Assembly (NCBI GenBank): GCA_964467765.1
Contig: CAYXSS010000002.1
Location: 1,310-65,309, forward strand
DNA length: 64,000 nt
Direction of reading: 5' to 3'
Source: an uncultured Candidatus Saccharibacteria bacterium
GTDB lineage: Bacteria; Patescibacteriota; Minisyncoccia; UBA6257; 2-01-FULL-56-20
Below, piece by piece: positions 28,754 to 38,254 of the stretch. How positions within the stretch are numbered: position 1 is the first letter of the stretch; every line of letters begins with the position of its first letter. A program made the position numbers and the translations under genes. The notes beneath the pieces are model-generated. The model ran no database searches. It had not been told where the DNA came from and worked only from the letters and a program-made list of their open reading frames with translations.

Positions 28754-31693
28754 ATGAAGTACGATCCTAAGAAAATCGAATCGAAGTGGCAAAAGAAGTG
28801 GCTGGAAGAAAAAGTTTTTCGCGCCAGTGACCCGTTCGACTACACCCAGGGCAAGCCGCAGAAACAAAAATATTATCAGCTGGAAACATTTCCTTATCCT
28901 TCGGCTGCTGGTTTGCATGTCGGCCATCCCAAGGGCTACATCGCCGAAGATATCCACGCCCGCTTTATGCGCATGAACGGGCGCGAGGTTCTCTATACAA
29001 TGGGCTGGGATGCTTTTGGATTGCCGACGGAAAATTACGCGATCAAAGTCGGCAAATCGCCGCAGGAAGTCGCGGCGGAGAACATTAAAAACTTCAAGCG
29101 GCAGGTACGGATGTTCGGCCTCTCTTATGACTGGGATCGGGAAATCAACACTTCGAGCCCGGATTATTATAAGTGGACACAGTGGATTTTTATAAAGCTA
29201 TGGGAGAGGGGATTGGCTTACAGGAAAAAGGCGCCCGTCAATTGGTGCCCGCAAGACCAAACCGTTTTGGCGAACGAGCAGGTGATAAATGGCAAGTGCG
29301 AGAGGTGCGGGGCGGAAATAGAGCAGAGAGAAATGGAGCAGTGGTTTTTTCGCATCACCGATTACGCGGAAAGACTACTTGCCGATTTACGCGATCTTGA
29401 TTGGCCGGCGGCGACGATAAAGCGCCAGGAGGATTGGATAGGAAAATCGGAAGGAGCAGAGCTTGATTTTGAAATCAAAACGGACGAGCCGCCGAATTTC
29501 GTTTTGCTTCATGGCTACAAAGGTTCGCCGGAGAAAAATTTTTTCCCTTGGCTGAAAAAGGAATTGGAAAATCGGGGTTATAAAGTCCAGGTGCCGGCAT
29601 TACCAAATCCTAAAAACCCCAGTGTTTACGATCAGGTTGATTATGTTATAAAAACAGTTTCTTTTGATGACAACACCGTTATTGTGGGGCATAGTTTGGG
29701 TTCGGTGGTTGCTTTAAAAGTTCTTGAGAGAATAAATCAGCCAGCCAGAAAAACCGTTTTAATTGGCGGATTTACGGAAAATAATTTCGTAGACAATGAT
29801 AATTTCGAACCGAATATCTTCGACTGGAAATTCGATGTTAAAAAAATTAGCAAAAACGCCGGTTTTCTTTTGTCGATGAGAGACCTTACGGATGACGCGG
29901 TCCCACAATATCAACCCTTAAAACTTTCCGAAACTTTTGGTGGCCAATTGGTAGATTTTAAAGCCATAAAACCTCACGCTAGAAATACGAATGAGCCCGA
30001 AGTTCTTCGCCGGGCGTTGGATATTATAACCGTTTTTACAACCCGTCCCGACACGCTTTTCGGCGCGACTTATATGGTTTTGGCACCGGAGCATCCGCTT
30101 GTTGAAAATTTGAAATCGAAAATTGAAAATTGGCCGGAAGCAAAAAAATATATCGAGCAAGCTAAACGCAAAACGGAACTGCAGAGGCGTGAGGAAGTAA
30201 AAAATAAAACCGGCATAGAGCTCGCGGGCATAAAAGCGATGAATCCGGCAACCAAAGAAGAAACACCCGTTTGGGTCGCCGACTACGTTTTGATGGGTTA
30301 CGGCACGGGAGCGATTATGGCGGTGCCAGCGCATGACGAGCGCGACTATGAATTCGCCAAAAAATTTGAGCTACCTGTTCGACGCGTGGTTCATGGAGTC
30401 GGCGGCGGCATTGTTTATGTTGGTGTAGGGAAAATGGTTAACTCTGGCAAGTTCGACGGTATGGATTCGGAAAAAGCGAAATGGGAAATCACTAAATATG
30501 TTGGCGGCGAAAGGAAAATCCAATACAAACTGCGCGACTGGTCGGTTTCTCGACAGCGCTATTGGGGCTGTCCCATACCGATGATTTACTGCGAGACATG
30601 CGGCATTGTTCCGGTGCCGGAGAAAGATTTGCCTGTAAAATTGCCGTCCCTTGAAGACTATCGGCCCAAAGGAATTCCGCCGCTTGCCGCTTCGGAAAAA
30701 TTTATAAACGTGAAATGCCCGAAATGCGGCGGCGAGGCCAGGCGAGACCCGGAAACACTCGACACTTTCGTAGATTCGTCCTGGTATTTTTTGCGCTACA
30801 CCGATCCGCATAACGAAAAAGAGCCGTTCGATAAGAAAAAAGCTGCGCACTGGCTCCCAGTCGATCTTTATGTGATTGGCGCGGAACATACGACGGCGCA
30901 CCTGCTCTATGCACGGTTTATCACTAAGTTTATGAGAGATGCAGGCCATCTTCGGTTCGGTGAGCCGTTTTTGAGATTAAGACACCAGGGACTGATTTTA
31001 GGGGAAGACGGACAGAAAATGTCCAAAAGCAAGGGAAATGTGGTAAACCCTGACGATCTGATAAACGAATTCGGAGCGGACACGGTGCGAGTCTACGAGA
31101 TGTTTATGGGCCCCTTTGAGCAAGGCCAGCCGTGGGACCCTAGGGGAGTTTTGGGCGCCAACAGATTTTTGAACCGCGTTTGGAATTATTTCGCCGCAGG
31201 CAATTTTTCCGTAAGCGAAGAATCGCCAAAAACGACCAAACATATAATTCACAAGACGATAAAAAAAGTCAGCGAAGACATTGCCGGATTCAGTTTCAAT
31301 ACTGCAATTTCGGCTTTGATGGTTATGTTAAACGATCTTGAAAAATCTGGAGAAAAAATTTCCAAAAGCGACGCGGAAACGGCGCTTAAAATGATCCATC
31401 CTTTCGCCCCACACATCTCACAGGAACTTTGGTCGCGGCTTGAAAACGATAGCTACTTGGATTTCGAGCCGTGGCCCGAACATAATGAAGATCTTGCGCG
31501 CGAAGAAAAAATCACGGTTGTTATACAGATCAACGGAAAAGTGCGAGACAGTTTCGAGGCCGCAAATGGTCTTGCCGAAAAAGACGCGCGCGAGCGCGCC
31601 CTTAAAAGCGAAAAAGTGCGAAAATATCTGGGAAACAGCAATCCCAGGAAATTTATTTACGTACAGGATAAAATAATAAATATAGTGATTTAA
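28754..31693 (+). CDS. leuS: leucyl-tRNA synthetase with an inserted alpha/beta-hydrolase (YdeN/RBBP9-like) domain
   Basis: HIGH (HVGHPKGY), the KMSKS region (KMSKSKGN) and the editing-domain motifs (TTRPDTLFGATY, GTGAIMAVPAHDERDYEFA). An extra domain of about 185 aa with GHSLGS is encoded at 29471-30028. Confidence 0.9.
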   Translation: MKYDPKKIESKWQKKWLEEKVFRASDPFDYTQGKPQKQKYYQLETFPYPSAAGLHVGHPKGYIAEDIHARFMRMNGREVLYTMGWDAFGLPTENYAIKVGKSPQEVAAENIKNFKRQVRMFGLSYDWDREINTSSPDYYKWTQWIFIKLWERGLAYRKKAPVNWCPQDQTVLANEQVINGKCERCGAEIEQREMEQWFFRITDYAERLLADLRDLDWPAATIKRQEDWIGKSEGAELDFEIKTDEPPNFVLLHGYKGSPEKNFFPWLKKELENRGYKVQVPALPNPKNPSVYDQVDYVIKTVSFDDNTVIVGHSLGSVVALKVLERINQPARKTVLIGGFTENNFVDNDNFEPNIFDWKFDVKKISKNAGFLLSMRDLTDDAVPQYQPLKLSETFGGQLVDFKAIKPHARNTNEPEVLRRALDIITVFTTRPDTLFGATYMVLAPEHPLVENLKSKIENWPEAKKYIEQAKRKTELQRREEVKNKTGIELAGIKAMNPATKEETPVWVADYVLMGYGTGAIMAVPAHDERDYEFAKKFELPVRRVVHGVGGGIVYVGVGKMVNSGKFDGMDSEKAKWEITKYVGGERKIQYKLRDWSVSRQRYWGCPIPMIYCETCGIVPVPEKDLPVKLPSLEDYRPKGIPPLAASEKFINVKCPKCGGEARRDPETLDTFVDSSWYFLRYTDPHNEKEPFDKKKAAHWLPVDLYVIGAEHTTAHLLYARFITKFMRDAGHLRFGEPFLRLRHQGLILGEDGQKMSKSKGNVVNPDDLINEFGADTVRVYEMFMGPFEQGQPWDPRGVLGANRFLNRVWNYFAAGNFSVSEESPKTTKHIIHKTIKKVSEDIAGFSFNTAISALMVMLNDLEKSGEKISKSDAETALKMIHPFAPHISQELWSRLENDSYLDFEPWPEHNEDLAREEKITVVIQINGKVRDSFEAANGLAEKDARERALKSEKVRKYLGNSNPRKFIYVQDKIINIVI

Positions 31694-31725
31694 AAAGTCG
31701 TTTGTGTAATTATCTCGCGCGGTAA

Positions 31726-32601
31726 ATGGGTTCTAAAATTTTTTTGGTATTGTTATTCGTCGTTATTCTGGGAGGTGTGGCTTATTTTTTCCGCTCCGGC
31801 GCGCCAAAGACGGCAGTCAGTTTTTTGGATCGTTTCAATTTTGCAAGCAGCACTTCTTATTCCGCTCCGCGTTTCCAATCTCCTTATCCGGAAGTTGCCG
31901 AGCCGCAAAATTTATCAGGGCAAAATCAGCCCGTTCCCGAAATCAAGCCGCCGGATGGTTTTGCCGCAAAAGATCTCTCGCCATATTTCGGCAAAGTTCG
32001 ACTCTCGGTTTCTCTTAGTAAGGCAACCCTTGCCGCAAGCGGTCTTGGAGAGGGGCAGGGAGTTAATGTAAGCGGCTGGAAGATTAAGGGTAATAGCGGC
32101 GAGCTTATAGTTCCCCGCGCCGTGCCTCTTTACGAGCCTTCGGGACTTGGCGTGGAAAACGATGTTATCTTGAAAAACGGCGAAGAGTTTATCGTTTATT
32201 CCGGCCAGAGCGCCATCGGACTCAACCTGCGTCTTAATAAATGCCTTGGATATTTGCAAAATTACAACAGTTTCGATCCACCGCTTCCAACAAACTGCCC
32301 TGCCCCTTCGAGCTATACCGGCTTCTCCGGTTTGAGCGGCAAGTGCCAAGACTATGTAAGCTCATTGGGCGGATGCCGCCTGCCAGAATCAAATCCGGAC
32401 ATTCCGCCGAATGATTACGCCTGCCGCGATTTTTTGGACACGATAAATTACAAAGGCTGTTTTGATAAATATCGTTATGACTCGGATTTTTTCTCCAATG
32501 AGTGGTGGGCCTGGAGCAGTTTGAGTTTTTTGGATGAGCGGCATGACAAAGTTTTGCTCTACGATCAAAAAGGTTTGCTGGCTGATTTATATCAGTATTA
32601 A
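31726..32601 (+). CDS. membrane-anchored Cys-rich hypothetical protein
   Basis: An N-terminal TM helix and 8 Cys in the C-terminal half. Confidence 0.5.
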   Translation: MGSKIFLVLLFVVILGGVAYFFRSGAPKTAVSFLDRFNFASSTSYSAPRFQSPYPEVAEPQNLSGQNQPVPEIKPPDGFAAKDLSPYFGKVRLSVSLSKATLAASGLGEGQGVNVSGWKIKGNSGELIVPRAVPLYEPSGLGVENDVILKNGEEFIVYSGQSAIGLNLRLNKCLGYLQNYNSFDPPLPTNCPAPSSYTGFSGLSGKCQDYVSSLGGCRLPESNPDIPPNDYACRDFLDTINYKGCFDKYRYDSDFFSNEWWAWSSLSFLDERHDKVLLYDQKGLLADLYQY

Positions 32602-32661
32602 TAATTAAAAATAGAAAAGCGGAATCCCGAAAATGAACCACCGGCTTTATGCCGAGGAGTT

Positions 32662-33753
32662 TTATTTTCTTTCGGCCAGCACTGCGCTTGTTCTGAATTG
32701 CTTTCCTTCGCGCAAGACGAGCAGCCCCGTTTCCTCGCCCACTCTCATGTTTTCCAAGAAATCCTGGATTGGCTTGTTGCTAAGTTTTTTGCCGGCGAAT
32801 TCGAGAATGATATCTTTTTCTTTGATGCCTGCTTGGTCCGCGGGAGAGCCGGGGACGACGCCGTGGCCCACGTCTTCCGGTCCCTCGCGCATGACAAGCG
32901 CCCCGTAATTTACGGGCAAGCCCATTTTCTCCTTGAGATTGTCATCGATCATCATATAGCGCAGTCCCAGGAACGGCCGCCTGATGCGCCCGTATTTTTT
33001 TATGTCATCCAGATCGCGTCTCGCGGCATTAATTGGTATGGCAAAGCCGATATTCTGCGCGCCGAAAACTATGGCGGCGTTTATGCCGATGGCCTCTCCT
33101 GCCAGATTGACGAGCGGTCCGCCCGAATTGCCGACGTTAATTGCGGCATCAGTTTGGATTAAACCCCTCATTTCCTGCGGAGGAGAGTTTGGTTCCGCTT
33201 GGGCCATGATGGAGCGCGAAAGACCGGAAACTATGCCGGAAGAGACGGTATTTTTGAAAATTCCCAAAGCGTTGCCAATAGCAATGACTTCTTCTCCCAG
33301 GTCGACACTGGTGGCATCACCTAGTCCGACAGTCGGCAGATTCTTGGTCTCGATTTTCAGTATGGCGACGTCGTTGATCGGGTCGCGGCTCAAGATTTTC
33401 GCAGAAAATTTTCTGTCATCGTTCAAAACAACCACATACTCCGCTTTGGGGTCGCCGACGACATGCTTGTTGGTCAAAACAATGCCGCTTGGTTCTACGA
33501 CAAAACCCGACCCGCCGCCGACCTGTATCATGCCGCGCTTGTCGACGAGGAAATCTGGAATCTTGAACTTGCGCATCCCACCCTCGCTGCTGTTACCGCC
33601 TGGTACGTAAAAATCCCTATGTATTTCTCGCTCTACGTCCTTAAGATGCTTAGAGATGACAACAGAGACTACCGCTGGCATGACTTTTTTTATTGTCCCA
33701 ACAATGGAATTTTGCGGCATTGGGTTAATTATAGCATTGTCTGCCGACTGCAT
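32662..33753 (-). CDS. htrA: HtrA/DegP-family serine protease with a PDZ domain
   Basis: Trypsin-like motifs (TNKHVV, GNSGGPLVN) followed by a C-terminal PDZ domain. Confidence 0.85.
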   Translation of the reverse strand: MQSADNAIINPMPQNSIVGTIKKVMPAVVSVVISKHLKDVEREIHRDFYVPGGNSSEGGMRKFKIPDFLVDKRGMIQVGGGSGFVVEPSGIVLTNKHVVGDPKAEYVVVLNDDRKFSAKILSRDPINDVAILKIETKNLPTVGLGDATSVDLGEEVIAIGNALGIFKNTVSSGIVSGLSRSIMAQAEPNSPPQEMRGLIQTDAAINVGNSGGPLVNLAGEAIGINAAIVFGAQNIGFAIPINAARRDLDDIKKYGRIRRPFLGLRYMMIDDNLKEKMGLPVNYGALVMREGPEDVGHGVVPGSPADQAGIKEKDIILEFAGKKLSNKPIQDFLENMRVGEETGLLVLREGKQFRTSAVLAERK

Positions 33754-34011
33754 ATGCCTCGAATTCTAGGCGAATTAGCAAATAGATCGTTGAGGGCTTC
33801 TTGCCAAGCGGCTCTAAAAATCATTGGCGGTGGGTGGAGGCGCTGCGCTATTCGAACGCTCTCGTTTCACTCGCTTTTCAAAACCCTCGGTTTTGAATCC
33901 GCTCCGCTCATTCCTACACGGGAAACTCCCGTTTCCCGACCCCTTCACGTTCGAATCCTCTCGTCCATAATGCGACAAAAATTATGGCATGAAACCATTA
34001 TTTTTGTCGAT

Positions 34012-34100
34012 GCGGTGGGTGGAGGATTCGAACCTCCGAGGGGATTTCTCCCCAACCGCATTTCGAGTGCGGCGCGTTAGACCACTCTGCCAACCCACCG
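34012..34100 (-). tRNA. tRNA-Ser (anticodon CGA)
   Basis: The reverse complement folds as a class II tRNA. The acceptor is CGGTGGG, the anticodon stem is CCGCA/TGCGG with loop CTCGAAA, the extra arm is long, and the T-arm is GGAGGTTCGAATCCTCC. Confidence 0.75.
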
Positions 34101-34140
34101 AGCAATCTTCTTATAGGCATTTTACATCCCGCGGCTGTAT

Positions 34141-34169
34141 TTGACAAGCTATTATAATTATGCTACAAT
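34141..34169 (+). promoter_or_regulatory. consensus sigma70-like promoter (TTGACA-17-TACAAT)
   Basis: A perfect -35 and a TACAAT -10. It is upstream of the small ORF at 34212. Confidence 0.5.
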
Positions 34170-34211
34170 GCCAGTAGCATGATTGTAAAAGATCGGGAAA
34201 GGAGTAGGGAT

Positions 34212-34553
34212 ATGAAAAAGAGAGCGTTTGGTTCGCTCTCGGGGCTTTTCGGAGCCTTGAGAGGAATCGTCAGAAGTTGGGTTTTCGGCAAGAACGATGT
34301 CCGTGGCAACATCGAGCTGGCCGAAGAAAAAGCCGAGCAGGTCGAGCAGGCGTACCAGAAGGTCGTTTACTGGCAACCCGGCCCACAAGAGAGGGTTTTG
34401 TACCTCACCAACGGCGGTGGGACGCTCGTTGCCCGTTTCATGGGATCGGACGGCAAAACGGTTCTCTTGCGTCGCAGGGGCTATCGGCAGATCATCTTTA
34501 CGACTGCGGATCGCATCCGGCCGCGGCAGCAAAATGCCGCCACATCTGCCTGA
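34212..34553 (+). CDS. small GC-rich hypothetical protein (113 aa)
   Basis: An SD (AAAGGAG) lies 7 nt before the ATG. The gene has its own promoter and terminator and is GC-rich relative to its surroundings. Confidence 0.45.
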   Translation: MKKRAFGSLSGLFGALRGIVRSWVFGKNDVRGNIELAEEKAEQVEQAYQKVVYWQPGPQERVLYLTNGGGTLVARFMGSDGKTVLLRRRGYRQIIFTTADRIRPRQQNAATSA

Positions 34554-34569
34554 TCGAAACAACCAACAG

Positions 34570-34604
34570 GCCTCGGCGAACGCCGAGGCTTTCAAATTAT
34601 TTTG
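34570..34604. terminator. bidirectional rho-independent terminator
   Basis: A 9-bp stem (gcctcggcg/cgccgaggc) is flanked by an A-run and a T-run. It sits between convergent genes. Confidence 0.55.
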
Positions 34605-36379
34605 TTATCAATTTCTTTCCTAATCCTCTCTATAGTTTTTTCCAGCTTTATTTCTCCTTCCTGCCCGCGGCGGTAGTTCCGGACGTTAACCGTTCCATTT
34701 TTCTCTTCCTGTTCGCCAACCACTAAAACATAGGGAATCTTCGTAATCTCGGCGTCGCGGATGCGTTTGCCAACGGTTAGGTTTTCGTCGCTTAGTTCGG
34801 CCCGGATGCCGGCTTCCCGCAAAACACGATAAATTTTTTCCGCGTATTTTCTCTGCGACGCGCCTACGTTTATTATTTCCGCTTGCACCGGTGAAAGCCA
34901 CAAAGGTAGCCGCCCTTCGAAATGTTCCAAGATGATGCCGATGAAGCGCTCGAATGTTCCGAGTATTGCCCGATGGATCATAACCGGTCGTTCCTTGCTG
35001 CCCTTGTCGCTCACATAAAAAAGACCGAATCTTTCCGGATTGTTGAAATCGAGCTGAATTGTGGCGACGGTCCATTCGCGGCCGAGAGAATCTTTGGTGT
35101 TGATATCTATTTTCGGTCCGTAAAACGCGCCATCTTTCGGCTTCGTTGCGTATTTGATGCCGGAGTTTTTGAGTACGTGTTCGAGCGCTGCCTCGGCTTT
35201 CTGCCAGAGTTCGGGATCTCCCATTGATTTATCCGGCTTTGTGGCGAGATTGAACGAAAGCGGCAAGTCGAAAGTTTTATACACCTCTTTGACAAGCTCG
35301 ATCAGATTTTTGACTTCATCCTCGATTTGGTCCGGGCGGCAATAAATATGGGCATCGTCTTGGCTCATTTGGCGCACGCGGAAAAGGCCGCCGAGCGTTC
35401 CCGAAAGTTCGTTCCGGTGCAGGCGGTCGGTAATTTCCGAGAGTCGCAGAGGCAGGTCGCGCCACGATCTCACGCGGAATTTATAAATATAGGTGCTCTC
35501 CGGGCAGTTCATCGGTTTCAGAACATAAACTTCTTTCTGTTCTCCCGGCGGGGAGAAATAAAACATATTTTCGCGGTAGTTGGCGAAGTGACCCGATTTT
35601 TCAAAAACTCCTTTTTTGACCATTACCGGCGTCGACACTTCTTCATATCCCTCGCGATCCAATTTTTCGCGCATTAATTTTTCAAGCTCCCGCCAGATGA
35701 TCATTCCTTTTCCGTGCCAAAAAGCCGCGCCGGGAGCCATGTCTTCAAAATGGAAAAGATCCAGCCGTTCGCCCAATTTCCTGTGGTCGCGCTTTTCCGC
35801 TTCGGCGCGCATTTTGATAAACTCATCCAGTTCTTTTTTGCCCGCGAAAGCCAGGCCGTAAATCCTTTGCAGCTGCGGATTTTTTTCGTCGCCGCGCCAG
35901 TATGCCGCAGCCAACCTATCGAGCTTGAAGCTGCCCCCCGGAATTTCCGAAGTGTTTTTTACGTGTCCGCCTCGGCACAAATCGAAAAATGCTTCGCCGG
36001 TATAATAGGCGGTCAATTGTTTCTTCTCGCCGACGAATTCTTTTATCAGATCCAGCTTGAACGGCTGCTCGGAGAAAAGTTTTTTTGCCGCCGCCGCCGT
36101 CAACTTTTTTCCGGAGAAAGGCAGTTTTTGCGCGATAAGCTCGCGCATCGTTTTCTCGAACTCCAACAAATCCTCCGGCGTAAGCGAGCGCGGCAAAAGG
36201 AAGTCATAATAAAATCCGTTCTCGATCGTCGGTCCGATGCCGAGTTTTGCATCGGGAAATTTTTTAAGCACGGCGGCGGCCAAAAGATGCGCCAGCGAGT
36301 GACGGACGTTTTCTATGGACTTCGAGGATTTTTTGCCGGACATATGAGTTATTATATGGCCGGCCGAGCGGTTTGACAA
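34592..36379 (-). CDS. thrS: threonyl-tRNA synthetase (N-terminally short form)
   Basis: Class II aaRS core and an anticodon-binding domain. The N-terminus (HSLAHLLAAAV) starts near the second additional domain and there is no TGS domain. The ORF begins at a TTG, and an ATG 12 codons in (at 36343) could be the real start. Confidence 0.85.
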   Translation of the reverse strand: MSNRSAGHIITHMSGKKSSKSIENVRHSLAHLLAAAVLKKFPDAKLGIGPTIENGFYYDFLLPRSLTPEDLLEFEKTMRELIAQKLPFSGKKLTAAAAKKLFSEQPFKLDLIKEFVGEKKQLTAYYTGEAFFDLCRGGHVKNTSEIPGGSFKLDRLAAAYWRGDEKNPQLQRIYGLAFAGKKELDEFIKMRAEAEKRDHRKLGERLDLFHFEDMAPGAAFWHGKGMIIWRELEKLMREKLDREGYEEVSTPVMVKKGVFEKSGHFANYRENMFYFSPPGEQKEVYVLKPMNCPESTYIYKFRVRSWRDLPLRLSEITDRLHRNELSGTLGGLFRVRQMSQDDAHIYCRPDQIEDEVKNLIELVKEVYKTFDLPLSFNLATKPDKSMGDPELWQKAEAALEHVLKNSGIKYATKPKDGAFYGPKIDINTKDSLGREWTVATIQLDFNNPERFGLFYVSDKGSKERPVMIHRAILGTFERFIGIILEHFEGRLPLWLSPVQAEIINVGASQRKYAEKIYRVLREAGIRAELSDENLTVGKRIRDAEITKIPYVLVVGEQEEKNGTVNVRNYRRGQEGEIKLEKTIERIRKEIDNKII

Positions 36380-36455
36380 ATAATTTTATATATACTATTA
36401 TGTGATTAGCGCGGGAGAAATCCCGCGACTTTGAAAAGAAAGGTAGGAACTGTCC

Positions 36456-37181
36456 ATGAAAAATCGTGGAACTGTCCAACCGGCAACACACGGCCAAGTA
36501 AGAGAGGTTCTTTCAACCATGATCCAGGCGGTGCCTGATCTCTCTGCCGAGGAGACGCAATACTGGATCGGCAACAAGCGGAAGCTGCAGTCGGAGATAC
36601 GCAAGATTTTCAAACCAGCGGACCTTCTCTCCAACGTTCGCGCCGAGCACGAACGCTTCTACCGCGAGGAGCTCGGCATGGAAGTCGACTTTTCTGGCGT
36701 CCGCGTCCCGGACGAGCCGGGCGGCTTCGACCGCGTGCTTATCGTGGCCAAAGGGCTCACGATCGAGCGCGTGATCGCCGCCTGCCGCCGCCACTTTGCG
36801 GTGAGCACGTATCGCGATAACCTCTCTGATGCCGACATGAAGTCGAACGAACGCACGCCCGCGGAAGGGCACTACGCCATCCGCGTGCGCAACCGTGAGG
36901 AAGCAGACGAGGAGCTCAAAAACCTCTCGGCCGAAGACGTCCTTGCCCGCAGCCTCAAGACCGAAACGCTCCTCGAGCGCCTGCTCCACGAGCTCAAGTA
37001 CTTCCGGGAAACCGGAAAACATTTGGACGCGGACAACTGGACGCTCTGTTCAGGTTCGCGGATTTCCTATGGCTGCGTGCCGCGCGTGGGCTGGAACAGG
37101 TGGGACCGCGGGCTCTGCGTGTACTGGGCCAACCGGTCGCACCGGCACGGCGATCTGCGCCCTCGGGCGGTTTCTGTCTAA
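36456..37181 (+). CDS. GC-rich hypothetical protein, duplicated-gene copy A
   Basis: It has its own promoter (TTGACA at 36373-36378), a GAAA hairpin in the 5' UTR and a terminator at 37210. The C-terminal roughly 175 aa are identical to copy B. Confidence 0.6.
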   Translation: MKNRGTVQPATHGQVREVLSTMIQAVPDLSAEETQYWIGNKRKLQSEIRKIFKPADLLSNVRAEHERFYREELGMEVDFSGVRVPDEPGGFDRVLIVAKGLTIERVIAACRRHFAVSTYRDNLSDADMKSNERTPAEGHYAIRVRNREEADEELKNLSAEDVLARSLKTETLLERLLHELKYFRETGKHLDADNWTLCSGSRISYGCVPRVGWNRWDRGLCVYWANRSHRHGDLRPRAVSV

Positions 37182-37209
37182 CCCTCGTAACTCAAACCTC
37201 TAACCCTTG

Positions 37210-37240
37210 GGGCCCAACATCTGTTGGGCCTCGAATTTTT
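37210..37240 (+). terminator. rho-independent terminator
   Basis: ggcccaaca/tgttgggcc stem followed by tttttt. Confidence 0.6.
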
Positions 37241-37311
37241 TATAAAAACATTGCCCGACGACCGGCTTTCTTATATCATAAAAGCAGTTTTTCGAAAGAG
37301 GATATTGGGCG

Positions 37312-38193
37312 ATGAAAGCACGCGCAGCGATTTTGTTCTTCTTTCTATCGTTCGGCGCAATTTCTTTTGCCGACGAACGGTTTGAAAATGCCAAAAAGCT
37401 TTATGAAGAGACGAAATATAAGGAATCGTTGCAGTTTCTCGACGAGAAGAGCGGTGACCAGGAAACAATATTACTTCTGGGCAAAAATTATTACCAATTA
37501 GGCGAAGCGGACAAGGATAACTATAAAACAGCGACGGATTTTTTTGAGAAAGCGGCGAACATCAATCCCAGAAACGCCGAGTACCTTTTGTGGCTTGGTA
37601 AAGCTTGGGGGCGCAGAGCAGAAACAGCCGGATTTTTGGGAAAATTGAAAGTTATAAGCTATGCGGGCAAAGCCAGGCAATATTTTGAGGCTGCGCATTC
37701 GGCCGATCCGAAAAACCATGAGGCTGCCTGGGTGACTTTCCTGTATTACCTTGAAGCCCCTGGTTTTTTGGGCGGCGGGATAGACAAGGCGAAAATTATT
37801 TCTGGAGAAATCGCGAAACTCGATGCGGCAGAAGGTGAATGCACGCTTGCTTTTCTCGAAGAAAAGCGTAAAAACTTCTCCGGCGCGAAAGCACATTGGT
37901 TAGATGCGATAAAAATCAATCCGTCGAATACGATTATAGCCGTCGAGTACGCAAAGTTTTTGAAAAGGCACAAGGATTACGGCGAGGCGGAAGTTGTTCT
38001 TATTGGGCGAAGATTTGAAGCCCCGAACACCCCGAGCGTTAACTTCGAGCTTGCCAGATTGTATTTCGAAACCGGCCGCAGGAACGAAGCCAGGGAAATA
38101 TTGGAGAAATATATTAACCCCGATCTTACTCCTCTTACCCCCGAAGACCCGTCGCGGTTTGAAGCGGAAAAGTTGTTAAAGAAGATTTCTTAG
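37312..38193 (+). CDS. secreted TPR-repeat protein
   Basis: A signal peptide and TPR-like repeats (LGKNYYQLGEADK, AWGRRAETAG). Confidence 0.65.
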   Translation: MKARAAILFFFLSFGAISFADERFENAKKLYEETKYKESLQFLDEKSGDQETILLLGKNYYQLGEADKDNYKTATDFFEKAANINPRNAEYLLWLGKAWGRRAETAGFLGKLKVISYAGKARQYFEAAHSADPKNHEAAWVTFLYYLEAPGFLGGGIDKAKIISGEIAKLDAAEGECTLAFLEEKRKNFSGAKAHWLDAIKINPSNTIIAVEYAKFLKRHKDYGEAEVVLIGRRFEAPNTPSVNFELARLYFETGRRNEAREILEKYINPDLTPLTPEDPSRFEAEKLLKKIS

Positions 38194-38203
38194 TGTTTTT
38201 CTC

Positions 38204-38230
38204 CGCGAGACAATGTGTCTCGCGTTTTGC
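38204..38230 (+). terminator. rho-independent terminator
   Basis: cgcgagac/gtctcgcg stem followed by tttt. Confidence 0.45.
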
Positions 38231-38254
38231 TTTCGCATACGAAGGCGATTGTAT

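Noticed and set aside
34158-34726. Alternative overlapping ORFs, 34158..34595 on the minus strand and 34277..34726 and 34297..34623 on the plus strand, in the GC-rich pocket.
   Set aside because: Only the plus frame beginning at 34212 has a consensus promoter, a correctly spaced SD and a terminator. The others are frame artefacts of the GC-rich sequence.
36513-37022. Minus-strand ORFs inside both copies of the duplicated gene (36513..37022 and 40238..40816).
   Set aside because: They are identical only because the DNA is identical. The plus-strand frames have a promoter, an SD and a terminator. The minus frames start inside the repeat and have no expression signals.
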